Positions 49,454 through 60,371 are shown, numbered from the stretch's first letter. The stretch is 64,000 bases of DNA from Ignavibacteriota bacterium (GCA_963727825.1 CAVSHO010000011.1:395282-459281), one strand, 5' to 3'. Made by a program: numbers and translations. Notes: generated by a model not told the origin, from the letters alone.

Positions 49454-51523
49454 TCAGCATGATCGTAAGCCATCAATACAATAAAAGTCTATCTCATAGT
49501 TTTTTCCATCTGATAGAGTGATATTCGCTCCAAGTACCGAGCCCGATGGCATCACATCGCTTATCTCGATATTTCTAATTGGTGACAACTCTGCTTCACT
49601 CCATTCGGAGTCATCTGTCTTATGAAGCATAACTGTAATCATTAATTCTATCGCAGGATTCTTCGTAGTCCTTTCGCGATTTGTATATATGACCGTGCTT
49701 TCTTCTGATTCCGCATTACAGCCTTTATGTGTGAAACTCCCCAATGTATCCCAACCTCTGTATGTCAAGAGAGCCAAGCTTCTTCCATGAATCGAAGCTG
49801 TGATGACTTTTTTCGTTTTATCCTCGAATTGATGAATGATAGGCTTTTTCCCATCGATATGAGGAAGACCGTAATGGCCGAGCGTCAATTCATGTTCGAA
49901 CGCCAGGCGGCAACGATCGATTCTGATTACGCCTCCAGGGATTGTGATTTCAGCAAGATCAATTATATATCCAACACCATTGTTCGGCGGCTTTCGCATT
50001 ATCAATTGCCGATATAAAACATCTTTCCTTACTCCGCCGAAAAGAATGCTTTGAGAGGTCACGAACTCAACATTTTTTTGAGCGTCATTTTTTACGGTTC
50101 GCCCTGTAAGATAGAAATTGACGTCCATGCCTCTTGTGTCTCTCGGGTCAAGACTGCGAAAACAATATTCCATCGCGGTTCCGCCGTTGAGATTATGATC
50201 TTCCCATGGAAAATGCGTATTGAACGAAAGCTTGGAGTAATTGTGATCGTCATCATAGACCTTGCCTGGAATAATTTCGGATGTGCCAGTTTTTCCATGA
50301 TCGACCAGAACAATTCCCGGTTTTTCTAGAATAGTCCTTATCGAAGCGCTTCCTATGCTTTCCCATATCCCTTCGTTTTCTTTCGCAGTCCAAAATGGAG
50401 AGTCTTCCGGCAACGCGAGACTCAAAAAAGGCATAAACATAATAAAGGGGCTTGCAGAGCAACTATAGTTTTGAAGCATGTACTCCCTGTGTCCATAAAA
50501 GCCGAGACTTGGAATATCATTTTCAAAAAAATCTTCTCTTGTAACGAATTGCAATAAAGATCCGGAACAAAGCCTTCTTGCCCAGCCGGGATTCAGTGGA
50601 GACGACGGTTTCAGCATGAAGGCAATCGGGAATCCTCCTGAAATCCAGAGCCTGTAGCAAATACTTCGCGCCCACATGTTTATGAAACCATTCCTGGCAA
50701 AAAAATTAGAATATGTCTTCATTAATTCATGCGCACTTTTTTCTAGCGTGCCTGCGATTTCCGGATAATGCTCATCTCCAAATGCCCTGCACCAGACGGT
50801 TCCGTATACGATAAACAAGCTAATAGTATAATAATTATAACTTTGTTCCAGATACCAACCACCTCCTGCGTGATATGAAGCAACCCAGAGAAGATGACTT
50901 TTTAAAAGATCATCGTCGATATCGTAACCGTTCTTTTTTAGAAAAGAGAGCATTTCGATATTGAAAATTCTCCAATTGTTTTGCGTTGTTCTGTGGTGCG
51001 CCCATTTTGAGATTGTTGTTGCTATTTCGTTTTTTTGGTCCAGCGAAAAATACGGCCATATTACATCCGGCATGAGCAAGAGAAATTTACATAATCCCCC
51101 GAACTCGCATGTAAATTGATATGTTGCATCTGGTAAATCTTCGGGTAACGGAATTGAATTAGAATGACCTGGAGTCAACGCGTTGTAAATGTGATGGCAA
51201 TAATATTCTCTCAGATTAATTCCATGGATCGCTATCTCCGGCTCGACGTGCATAAGAGGCGCTGCAAGCGATAATGTCCTGATTAAAGCTTCAAATTCAG
51301 AAGAACGGTAACGCCATGTAGGATCATTAGGCTGCGGATATGTTTTACCTGGAACTGTTGGAAATGCGATAGGTGTATCAAATGATTCGACACGTCGAAA
51401 CGTTCTTTCCAGGATATATTTCGCACATTCAATGTAGTGTTTTCTCGTCATTCCAGTATATGGACTGATACCGAAATCTGGGGCTCTAACTATAAACGCA
51501 TTTTTCAAGCGATTCGCAACCAC
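49454..51523 (-). CDS. DUF2264 domain protein
   Basis: SPYTGMTR-H, NNWRIF, GGGWY, WARSICYR, QNYSC-ASP. Confidence 0.8.
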   Translation of the reverse strand: MVANRLKNAFIVRAPDFGISPYTGMTRKHYIECAKYILERTFRRVESFDTPIAFPTVPGKTYPQPNDPTWRYRSSEFEALIRTLSLAAPLMHVEPEIAIHGINLREYYCHHIYNALTPGHSNSIPLPEDLPDATYQFTCEFGGLCKFLLLMPDVIWPYFSLDQKNEIATTISKWAHHRTTQNNWRIFNIEMLSFLKKNGYDIDDDLLKSHLLWVASYHAGGGWYLEQSYNYYTISLFIVYGTVWCRAFGDEHYPEIAGTLEKSAHELMKTYSNFFARNGFINMWARSICYRLWISGGFPIAFMLKPSSPLNPGWARRLCSGSLLQFVTREDFFENDIPSLGFYGHREYMLQNYSCSASPFIMFMPFLSLALPEDSPFWTAKENEGIWESIGSASIRTILEKPGIVLVDHGKTGTSEIIPGKVYDDDHNYSKLSFNTHFPWEDHNLNGGTAMEYCFRSLDPRDTRGMDVNFYLTGRTVKNDAQKNVEFVTSQSILFGGVRKDVLYRQLIMRKPPNNGVGYIIDLAEITIPGGVIRIDRCRLAFEHELTLGHYGLPHIDGKKPIIHQFEDKTKKVITASIHGRSLALLTYRGWDTLGSFTHKGCNAESEESTVIYTNRERTTKNPAIELMITVMLHKTDDSEWSEAELSPIRNIEISDVMPSGSVLGANITLSDGKNYEIDFYCIDGLRSC

Positions 51524-51655
51524 CCTTCTTACCTAAGCAGTGTTTTGATCTTAACTACCGCAACAGATTTAATTCGTCCGAATAACTCATCGCATACTGA
51601 AGACCAGTAATACCTCTTACGGCTTTTTTCTTCACTATTTAATTTTAGAATAATT

Positions 51656-53479
51656 TCAGACACTTTCTTTCAAATATTCCTGAATACTTTTCACTGTTAG
51701 CCCGCCTTCCTGTTCTTTCTGAATTGCCTTGACCGCTGTAGCTGCGGCAGAGAGTGTAGTAATGAAAGCAACTTTGTTTTCCAATGCTGCCCAGCCAATG
51801 GCGTACTCATCATAGCGGGAAGTTTCACCGAGTGGTGTGTTGATGACAAGCTGTATCTTCCCGTTCTTAATCAGATCCACAGAATTTGGCCGACTTTCGT
51901 TCACTTTAAAAACCCGGTCGCATGGAATTCCATTTGAGTTAAAAAAGGTCGCAGTTCCTTCCGTTGCAACAAAAGAAAATCCCAGTGCTTGTAGCTCGCG
52001 TGCTATATTCAATGTAATTTCATTCTTATCATTATTATTCACACTGAAAAATACTGTTCCTTCTGTCGGTAAAGTGTTACTTGCGGCAATTTGCGATTTA
52101 GCAATGGATGCACCGACACTATCGGAAATTCCCATCACCTCGCCGGTAGAACGCATTTCGGGGCCAAGGAACACTCGAGTCTTTGGAAATTTTGCAAACG
52201 GGAATACGGCTTCCTTTACAGAAATGTGTTTTACTTTCCTGAAATCGAAATCTTTGCAGCCGAGTTCTTCCAACGTTCTTCCTACCATAACTTTTGCAGC
52301 AATCTTGGCCAGTGGTAATCCTATTGCTTTGCTTACAAATGGTACTGTCCGTGATGCTCGTGGGTTCACTTCCAGCACATAAACAACATCATCTTTCATA
52401 GCATACTGAACATTCATCAATCCAATAACCTTCAATGCCTTTGCCAATTTCACCGTGATGTTGATCATTTCATTAAGGTTTTTTTCGGAGATCATATACG
52501 GTGGAAGCACACAACTGCTGTCGCCGGAATGAATACCCGCCTCTTCAATGTGTTCCATCACACCGCCAATCATCACATCTTTGCCATCGCATACACAATC
52601 AACATCATACTCAAAAGCATCTTCAAGAAAACGGTCGATGAGCACAGGATGGTCGGGGGAAACATCTACAGCTTTCCTCATATATTCACGCAATGAATCT
52701 TTTGTATAGCAGACTTCCATTGCGCGGCCTCCAAGCACATATGAGGGACGCACAAGCACAGGAAAACCAATTTGCTCAGCAACGAGCACTGCGTTGTTCA
52801 CAGTGTAAGCTGTGCCGTATTTTGGATGTTGAATATTATTTCGCCGAAGAAGTGCACCAAACCTCTCGCGGTCTTCCGCAAGATCAATTCCTTCAGGCGA
52901 TGTACCGAGAATTTTAACTCCGTTCTCATCTAATGCCTTCGCTATCTTCAACGGTGTTTGTCCGCCAAATGCGACGATGATGCCGTCCGGTTGTTCTTGA
53001 TCGCAAATGTTGAGCACGTCTTCAAGCGTAAGCGGTTCAAAATATAATTTATCAGTTGTGTCGTAATCAGTTGAAACAGTTTCCGGATTACAATTAATCA
53101 TTATAGTTTCAAACCCTTCTTCGCGAAGAGCCATTACGCCATGCACGCAACAATAATCAAATTCAATTCCCTGCCCGATGCGGTTCGGCCCGCCGCCAAG
53201 AATGATTACTTTTTTCTTCGTGCTTCGTATAGATTCATTTTCCCGCTCATATGTTGAGTAGTGATAAGGTGTTGAAGCTGCAAATTCTGCTGCGCAAGTA
53301 TCGACCGTCTTATAGACCGGTATCACGCCCATCTTCTTCCGTATCATTCGTACGGCTGCTTCATTCATTCCCCAGATTTCTGATAACTGTCGATCGGAGA
53401 AACCGTACTCTTTTGCTTTTCGCATAATTTCCGGCGTTACCTTCACCGGCATTTCATTCTTTGCTTTACTTAACTTCAC
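51656..53479 (-). CDS. carB: Carbamoyl-phosphate synthase large subunit, C-terminal part (split gene)
   Basis: GFSDRQL, YKTVDTCAAEF, GPNRIGQGIEFDY, EVNPRASRT, GPEMRSTGEVM, MGS domain. Confidence 0.95.
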   Translation of the reverse strand: MKLSKAKNEMPVKVTPEIMRKAKEYGFSDRQLSEIWGMNEAAVRMIRKKMGVIPVYKTVDTCAAEFAASTPYHYSTYERENESIRSTKKKVIILGGGPNRIGQGIEFDYCCVHGVMALREEGFETIMINCNPETVSTDYDTTDKLYFEPLTLEDVLNICDQEQPDGIIVAFGGQTPLKIAKALDENGVKILGTSPEGIDLAEDRERFGALLRRNNIQHPKYGTAYTVNNAVLVAEQIGFPVLVRPSYVLGGRAMEVCYTKDSLREYMRKAVDVSPDHPVLIDRFLEDAFEYDVDCVCDGKDVMIGGVMEHIEEAGIHSGDSSCVLPPYMISEKNLNEMINITVKLAKALKVIGLMNVQYAMKDDVVYVLEVNPRASRTVPFVSKAIGLPLAKIAAKVMVGRTLEELGCKDFDFRKVKHISVKEAVFPFAKFPKTRVFLGPEMRSTGEVMGISDSVGASIAKSQIAASNTLPTEGTVFFSVNNNDKNEITLNIARELQALGFSFVATEGTATFFNSNGIPCDRVFKVNESRPNSVDLIKNGKIQLVINTPLGETSRYDEYAIGWAALENKVAFITTLSAAATAVKAIQKEQEGGLTVKSIQEYLKESV

Positions 53480-53946
53480 TTGCCAGTAATTCCTTTAATC
53501 GTTCCCATTGATTGACAGACAGGATTTGTTTTTCCTTCAAATATATTTGCAGGTGCACAAATCGCAAGTCAGCCCGCATTTTGCCGATTCGCTCGAGTTT
53601 ATCCCGCAGCGTTTTCTCGTTTAGAGTACCTGATTCAAAAAGTTTGTTCAATTCTTCCTCTGTCTCAACAATCTCCTGCCCTTTTACAGTCGCTGAAATC
53701 GGTAGATTCGTTAACATCTCGTTGATTTTTCTCAGCTGGTCTTTTGTTAATCCAAGCTGATCTTTGAACGAAATGATCTTTTGCGGGGCAGGAAAACCAT
53801 TTTTCTCTGCTACTAATGTTTGTCCGGTTGCTTCGCCACTTAATAATATGATCTTTATCCGGTGGAATAGTGACTTGAGCGTTTACCACCGCATCTATAA
53901 CAAGCGAAAATAAAAATATTAGATGACCGATCTTCAGTGTTTTCAT
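53466..53946 (-). CDS. Spy/CpxP-like periplasmic helical protein, frameshifted
   Basis: Signal peptide in 53665-53946; LRFVHL...ILSVNQWERL in 53466-53717. Confidence 0.55.
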
Positions 53947-54046
53947 AAAATCTTTCCATATAACTATTCAATTAAGTTATCATAAGAAATATTTTTTGAA
54001 CTAGTCAATATGTTTTTTGATAATGCAATTTTCAACTATAGGTTTT

Positions 54047-54125
54047 CCTCTCATCTTAGGGGAGGACTAAGGTGGGGTCATTTCTTTTTTTGACCTCACT
54101 CCGACCCTCTCCTATGAGGAGAGGG
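54047..54125. repeat. REP-like inverted pair
   Basis: CCTCTCATCTTAGGGGAGG...GGTGGGGTCA / TGACCTCACT...CCCTCTCCTATGAGGAGAGGG. Confidence 0.7.
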
Positions 54126-54192
54126 AATTATTCCGCTCTTTACAAAATAAATATTAAGTAGCTACCTTTTTTCGCCAATATGAAAATCCAGA

Positions 54193-55665
54193 TTATGCTT
54201 TATATGAATACAGCTCTTCTTCCATCTCCACAATCTGTTTGATATTGTAAAGGAACCACGGATCAATGCAAGATGCCTGGAAAAGTTCTTCTATCGTCAA
54301 CCCGAGCTGGAAACCATAACGGAGGAAGAAAATATTGTGCGGGCGCGGAGTTTTGATCCGATCTAAGACTTTTCGTTTCCATTCAATCTTTTCATCATCC
54401 GACAACTCACGAATGTTTACAACATCTTTTCCATCTGCACCAAGACCGGAACGTCCCTGTTCCAGCGAGCGGAGCGCTTTTTGCAGCGCTTCTTTGAATG
54501 TACGTCCGATTGACATTGCTTCGCCGACAGATTTCATCTGTACACCGAGCGAATCATCCACACCTTTGAATTTTTCAAAATCCCATCGCGGAATTTTTAC
54601 GACGCAATAATCAATTGTCGGTTCAAATGAAGCCGGAGTTAACTTTGTAATGTCATTTGGAATTTCGTCAAGTGTGTAACCGACGGCGAGCAACGCTGCA
54701 ATTTTTGCAATCGGAAAACCAGTAGCTTTTGATGCCAACGCAGATGAACGCGATACGCGCGGATTCATTTCAATTACCAGCAATTGTCCATTCTTTGGAT
54801 TGACTGCAAACTGAATATTCGATCCGCCTGTTTCAACACCAATTTCACGTATAATTTTGAGCGATGCATCCCGCAATTGTTGATATTCTTTGTCGGTAAG
54901 AGTCTGTGCAGGCGCCACAGTTATCGAATCTCCGGTATGAACACCCATTGGATCGAAGTTCTCGATTGAACAAATGACAACTACGTTATCCTTTAAGTCG
55001 CGCATCACTTCTAGTTCATATTCCTTCCAACCAATCACCGATTCTTCAATAAGAGCCTGATGGATAGGACTGCTGGTTAGTCCATGGACTACTTTAGTTT
55101 GGAATTCTTCTACATTGTAAGCTGTACCACCGCCTGTTCCACCAAGTGTGAATGACGGACGGATGATAAGTGGAAAACCAATTTGATTCGCAATCATTAA
55201 TGCTTCATCAAATGAATGTACAAACCCGCCTCGTGCACTTTGCAAGCCAGCCCGATCCATCGCAGCACGAAACAACTCGCGATCTTCTGCCATTTTAATG
55301 GCTTCAAGCTTTGCACCAATCAATTCGACGTTGTATTTCTTTAACACCCCGCTTTCTGCCAACTCAACCGCCACGTTGAGAGCTGTCTGACCGCCCATCG
55401 TTGGAAGTATAACGTCCGGCCGCTCACGTTCAATAATCTTTTCGACAAATTCTGGAGTAATTGGTTCGATATAAGTGGCATCGGCAAATTCAGGATCAGT
55501 CATAATCGTTGCAGGATTACTGTTGACGAGAATAATGCGATAACCTTCCTGGCGAAGAACACGACATGCTTGGGTTCCGGAATAATCAAACTCGCACGCC
55601 TGTCCGATTACAATTGGTCCAGAACCAATAATTAGGATGGAATGAATATCAGTCCGCTTGGGCAA
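54193..55665 (-). CDS. carB: Carbamoyl-phosphate synthase large subunit, N-terminal part (split gene)
   Basis: MPKRTDI...[41 protein letters not shown]; ends EEELYSYKA*. Confidence 0.95.
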   Translation of the reverse strand: MPKRTDIHSILIIGSGPIVIGQACEFDYSGTQACRVLRQEGYRIILVNSNPATIMTDPEFADATYIEPITPEFVEKIIERERPDVILPTMGGQTALNVAVELAESGVLKKYNVELIGAKLEAIKMAEDRELFRAAMDRAGLQSARGGFVHSFDEALMIANQIGFPLIIRPSFTLGGTGGGTAYNVEEFQTKVVHGLTSSPIHQALIEESVIGWKEYELEVMRDLKDNVVVICSIENFDPMGVHTGDSITVAPAQTLTDKEYQQLRDASLKIIREIGVETGGSNIQFAVNPKNGQLLVIEMNPRVSRSSALASKATGFPIAKIAALLAVGYTLDEIPNDITKLTPASFEPTIDYCVVKIPRWDFEKFKGVDDSLGVQMKSVGEAMSIGRTFKEALQKALRSLEQGRSGLGADGKDVVNIRELSDDEKIEWKRKVLDRIKTPRPHNIFFLRYGFQLGLTIEELFQASCIDPWFLYNIKQIVEMEEELYSYKA

Positions 55666-55863
55666 TTCCTTGTATATTCTCCTTTAAAAATATCTATTAT
55701 AAAAATATAGTGAGAAGTGACCTGTTATTCAACTGATATGGAATTTAGGTAGTGGTGCATTTTCGATTTAACAAAACCCGATTTTTCCTCTTTAACAGGA
55801 ACGAATTAGAGAACGTTCATTATAAAAGTTGAAGAAGGATAAAAAATAATATAAATTAGCTCA

Positions 55864-56856
55864 ATGGACATCAAATTAATAAACTATGAAAGCCCAGAAA
55901 AATCTGCTAATAAAGAGATTTCGCAACAACAAATAGAAATATTCTATGAACAATACAGTATAAGTAAATATGAAGAGCGGAGCGAACAAGGTAGAGATCA
56001 ATTTATTGTAGATTTGAAGTATTGGATTAACAAATTAGAAGCGGCAGAAAAACTTAAAACCAAGTGTCTTTCTTTGCGAAATTCACTTGTTTCGTTTACA
56101 GGGGCGGAAATCTTTCAACATCAAGCACAATTAGAAATAGCCAAGACACTACTTCCATTTCTTAAAGCTCAATTAGCATTAACGCAGAGTATGCAACTTC
56201 CAAAGTTGCGTAAAGATGCAATATTACCATTAGGAAGCTTGACAGCACGAGAAATGTTGCTACAAGTAGCAGAACGAGTTCCCGACATTGCTCAACTAAG
56301 CCAAGAAGAACAGCTCAAGCATGTCAATCAATCTATTCAAAAAGTTGGGGAACTCGTTAGTAAGATAGACCTGAACACTTGGGCAATGGATACGACAACC
56401 CTTAATTCTTTAAAGTTGCAACAATGGAGGGAAAACATAGAAAAGCATAGACAACTTATGATATTGAGGGAGAAACTTCTAAAAGATATTGAAAATTCTC
56501 CAACCGATTTACCACACGAAAAGAGAGTTATTCTTCAACGGCAAAGTGTCGAAGTTGGCTTAAGGATTGTGGAATTTGAAAAATGGATCAAAGAAAATAG
56601 TATAGAGGTTCATGTAGAACCCGAAAAACCAACTCAGCAAGTTGAAGAGATCACGGCAGAAAAGTCCACAAATGTAAGGAAATGGAGAGGTACAAAATCA
56701 GAGTTTTGCCAAAAAATAAAAGATGATTACGATAAAAATAGGGGAAAATATAAAAGCGTGCGGGATGCTACATATAAAATATTTCCCAAATATATCTTTG
56801 AAGATAAGGATTGGAAAGTAGAACAATGTTATGAATTGTTAAAGAAATTACCATAG
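55864..56856 (+). CDS. Hypothetical helical protein, possible C-terminal DNA-binding domain
   Basis: 330-aa AT-rich ORF; basic C-terminus beginning RKWRGTKSEF. Confidence 0.6.
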   Translation: MDIKLINYESPEKSANKEISQQQIEIFYEQYSISKYEERSEQGRDQFIVDLKYWINKLEAAEKLKTKCLSLRNSLVSFTGAEIFQHQAQLEIAKTLLPFLKAQLALTQSMQLPKLRKDAILPLGSLTAREMLLQVAERVPDIAQLSQEEQLKHVNQSIQKVGELVSKIDLNTWAMDTTTLNSLKLQQWRENIEKHRQLMILREKLLKDIENSPTDLPHEKRVILQRQSVEVGLRIVEFEKWIKENSIEVHVEPEKPTQQVEEITAEKSTNVRKWRGTKSEFCQKIKDDYDKNRGKYKSVRDATYKIFPKYIFEDKDWKVEQCYELLKKLP

Positions 56857-56903
56857 GGAACGCATGGGGAACGTATAGGGAACTTTGGGGAGCATCGGGG
56901 AAT
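56853..56903 (+). repeat. Five helically phased GGGA(A/G) direct repeats
   Basis: GGGA at 56856, 56867, 56878, 56888, 56898 (spacing 11, 11, 10, 10). Confidence 0.8.
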
Positions 56904-56941
56904 GACAGGCTTACCGCATTTTCTTACCTTATAACAGCTTT

Positions 56942-57080
56942 AAAATAAGAAAGGCTCCCGAAGGAGCCATATTCCATAAACCTATAACCGAAGTGTTACG
57001 AGCACTTCAAGAAAGGCAGGGCTGCATGCGCGTAAAGCGAAGTAGGAGGTAATCCCGCCACCGGAAGGTGGCTCTGCCTG
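56942..57080 (-). ncRNA. Candidate ~140-nt structured small/antisense RNA
   Basis: Minus-strand TTGACA(57115-57110)-N18-TATATT(57091-57086); ends in GGCTCC-TTCG-GGAGCC-TTTCTTATTTT. Confidence 0.55.
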
Positions 57081-57139
57081 ATTTTAATATAAGCAATTCA
57101 GCCATGATTTGTCAAGATAAAAATAATTGAAAATAACAC

Positions 57140-57525
57140 TTGACAATTGATTACGGACAAGTTCATAAGAATTATGCAGAAGAGTTCAAAACAGAAAAAC
57201 GGTATAGTCCAGCACACATAGTTTCAACTTCTCTTAGGATAATACTCAGAGAACCATTAAAGAAACGAATTAGTACAAACCATATAGAACGCCAAAATCT
57301 TACGATGCGCATGAACATGAGACGGCTGACACGGCTACAAACGCATTCAGCAAGAAGCTTGAAAACCATAAAGCCGCCATTGCTTTACATTTCTTTTATT
57401 ATAACTTTATGCGTATTCATCAAACGCTTAGAGTTACACCTGCGATGCAGGCAAGTGTCACAAATCGCATTTGGACATGGGAAAAGTTTTTGGGCTTTAA
57501 GCAGGAAATGCGCAAGGTGGCATAA
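57140..57525 (+). mobile_element. IS1-family transposase C-terminal remnant, frameshifted
   Basis: RYSP...ISTNHIERQNLTMRMNMRRLTRL / TNAFSKKLENH...YYNFMRIHQTLRVTPAM...IWTWE. Confidence 0.85.
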
Positions 57526-57575
57526 TATTAAATACTCAAAGTCTCTGGACATTCTGCGGATGGTTGTATATATTA

Positions 57576-57645
57576 AATAAAAACGCCAGCGACCCAAAGA
57601 TCGTCTGGCGTATAACAAGAGAGACTATCTCTTGTGTGGTAAGAC
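57576..57645 (-). ncRNA. Candidate ~70-nt small RNA antisense to the NYN gene leader
   Basis: Minus-strand TTGACT(57680-57675)-N17-TATCTT(57657-57652); two hairpins, the last followed by a T tract (TTTTATTT). Confidence 0.55.
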
Positions 57646-57693
57646 ATCTACAAGATACTCTTCGCCCCATTAAAAGTCAAGTTAAAAATCATT

Positions 57694-58299
57694 GTGAAAA
57701 CCATTGTATATATAGACGGCTTTAATCTTTATTATGGACTTAAATCCAAAAAGTTTTACAAGTACCTATGGCTTGACCTATATGATCTATCAAGAAGGAT
57801 CACGCCAAAAGGCACCAATTTGGTGGCTGTTAAATATTTCACTACAAGACAAGGAACGCCACGCGAAAAATACTTGCGCCAAAAAACTTTTATTGAGGCG
57901 CTCGAATCATATACACCTATTCAAGTTTTTTATGGACAATACACAACAAAAAAGGACAAAATATTCTGGTTTTTTAAACATAAAAGATATGTGGAAAAGC
58001 GCACGGACGTAAATATTGCAACGCATATGATCTCTGATGCGTTTAGGGATGAATTTGACTATTTCGTTTTGGTTTCTGGAGACTCCGATCAAGTTCCGAC
58101 AATCGAAAAAATAAAAGAATATTGCCCAAACAAAAAATACATTGCAGCATTCCCCCCAAGAAGATATACCAACCATTTGGCAAGGCTGGCATATGATAAA
58201 TTTGAGATCGGTGAAAAACTACTTAAAAGATGTTTGCTCCCCTTAGAAATAAGAAAAAAGGATGGCTATATCTTGCGTAAACCATCCCTTTGGTCTTAA
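57694..58299 (+). CDS. NYN (LabA/DUF88, PIN-fold) ribonuclease
   Basis: YIDGFNLYYG, EKRTDVNIA, LVSGDSD, AFPP. Confidence 0.92.
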   Translation: MKTIVYIDGFNLYYGLKSKKFYKYLWLDLYDLSRRITPKGTNLVAVKYFTTRQGTPREKYLRQKTFIEALESYTPIQVFYGQYTTKKDKIFWFFKHKRYVEKRTDVNIATHMISDAFRDEFDYFVLVSGDSDQVPTIEKIKEYCPNKKYIAAFPPRRYTNHLARLAYDKFEIGEKLLKRCLLPLEIRKKDGYILRKPSLWS

Positions 58300-58376
58300 T
58301 CATAATTTTCAGTTTAGTTCCTGATCTCCCGCCTTGTCTTACATTTCTTAACAATTTGAATAATGCAACCATTTTT

Positions 58377-58544
58377 TCAATGAAAAAATCTAATCACTTC
58401 CAAAATTACAAGAACTAAGAGCAAAAGGTTTATGCTTTTCAGATACGTTTTATTCGTTTGATAAATATTGTCTATTTTCCTATATATTCTTCCATACAGA
58501 TCATCGGGGTTGTCAAACTGATCTCTATGTTCATTGGTTTCCAT
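58377..58544 (-). CDS. Small protein with C-terminal TM helix
   Basis: AGAGG SD before ATG 58544; 55 aa. Confidence 0.5.
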   Translation of the reverse strand: METNEHRDQFDNPDDLYGRIYRKIDNIYQTNKTYLKSINLLLLVLVILEVIRFFH

Positions 58545-58670
58545 GTTATTGTTACCTCTTTTTGTTTTAGTGAATACATCCAATTTATAAAATATTATCT
58601 TGTTTCAAAATGCACCACTACCGGAATTTAGAAAAAACTATATAGAAACTTGTAACTTAGAAAGTATAAA

Positions 58671-58702
58671 AAAAGGAAGCCTGCTGCCTTGCTTCCTTTT
58701 TA
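58671..58702. terminator. Bidirectional terminator-like hairpin
   Basis: AAAAGGAAGC-N10-GCTTCCTTTT. Confidence 0.6.
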
Positions 58703-58731
58703 GTCTAAGAGTTATAATCCTTCTTCGAATA

Positions 58732-60371
58732 CTACTGAGCAAAAACTTTCTCCAACATTTTTTCTAAACTCGCACCGCGCAATCTCCTTCAGTGCAACAA
58801 TTTTACCAGTTTTATCTACCAAAATCGGATTCGGTATCACCTATAATATCAAATTGTTCTGTGGCTACATCGTTAGTCGAAGCCTTTTTCTACGAATGAA
58901 TTGAACCATGGCATGTTCCATTTATCCTTGCGGAATTTGATAACATCCTCCAGTCTTTTCATCAAACGAAAGCTAAGGATTTCAAATCCTTTCGATTTAT
59001 ACTTTTCATATGCTTTATGAAGATTTCCATATCCCCGACACAACCACCGCACCAAGTTGCCCAAAAATCGATCAAGTACACCTTTCCTAAAAGAGTTTTA
59101 TTCGTGTACACAGTTTTAGAATTGTCTATAGAGACAAAGGAAAAATCCGGAATACAATTTCCTACTTGAACTTAATTTCACGGGGATATTGTTGCTTCAC
59201 CATTTTCCACTGATCTGCATCCTTAAATTCTGTATCCATCTTATCATATAGCTTAGAATATTCTTCCATCTGATTTGCAAAGCGCGCATTCAACATTCGA
59301 TTCTAATAACTAAATATGCTCTTACATTGATATCAGGATTAGTTTCTTCAATATCTTTCATATACTTTTCTGTTTTTTCTTTTTCCCTGATGGTGAAATG
59401 GGAAGAAATAAATATGGACTCTAAAGACCATAAGGGAGATTTAGGAAGATATTTCTGAAAATACAAGCCTTACTATGTTAGAATCCAAATCCCGTTCGCC
59501 ATACATGATAAATCAAGATAACTCAAGATATACATCTGTTTGAGAAGCGGTTCCTTTTCTTTCATAATCTGTGAAGTAATATATGATTTATTTACTGACC
59601 AATCATATTTAAAGTTATTTCGCATCTTTGCCTGTCTTCTTATATGCATCTGCGCATTTAATAATGGCATCCTCTTCTTATTGTCATCTCGTTGTAGATT
59701 GAAGAGAATCTACTGTTAAGTGAATCGTCTCCGAGGAAGTGTGATTGGGCAATAGCATTCGAACGCACAATTTTAGCAGGGTCAAATACAATTTTCACTT
59801 TTCCATTATTTGATTTCACGATAGAGAGATAATCTCCGCCCCCATCATACTTATATCCATCAGATTGAGTTCCATTGATACTCCTTCCTGTTGCTTCAAC
59901 ACTAAGTAATTGATATTGAAATGAGTCAGCTTTAATTTCAAATTCGGAAATATAAGTCCCATCTTGCTGCTTTGTCATATGCTGTGCATTTGCCAGTCGA
60001 ACTTATTGAAATCTCCAACTATACCCACATTAGACAAACTATCAACATATTCATACGTGCACAGTTGAACATCCAGTCCGATCGACTTTTGTTTTCTCGA
60101 CATATAACGCAACATCGTATGGATTATGATTCGCACCAGTAAATGTGAGAAGAATAACTCCCGATTCATTCGTCGTCAGACTATACGTGCCATCATTTGC
60201 CACTGTTGTTTCTACAATCGATTTTTGTAAAAGGGGTTTTATGAGGTGAACATCCGCCCGGATAATTGGTTTACCATCATAACCGGTTACTCTACCCGAA
60301 ATAATTGCCTGGCAGAACAATGCATAGCTTATAACGCTAAGTAAAGCAACAACCGAGAGTAGCTTTTTCAT
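58732..60371 (-). pseudogene. TlpA-like thioredoxin with N-terminal carboxypeptidase-regulatory-like domain; many frameshifts (decay or assembly error)
   Basis: Signal peptide plus ISGRVTGYDGKP; GKVYLIDFWATWCGGC near 59040-59090; pieces in several frames ending VFAQ*. Confidence 0.75.

Noticed and set aside
53480-54192. Self-splicing intron or intein interrupting carB
   Set aside because: No group II GTGCG/domain V or intein motifs seen; both halves have their own start and stop, and the insert encodes a signal-peptide protein.
56853-56903. Mini CRISPR array
   Set aside because: Units are only 10-11 bp with no spacers.
57014-57079. Hammerhead ribozyme or tRNA
   Set aside because: No CUGANGA/GAAA core, and no T-loop (GTTCRA) or CCA end on either strand.
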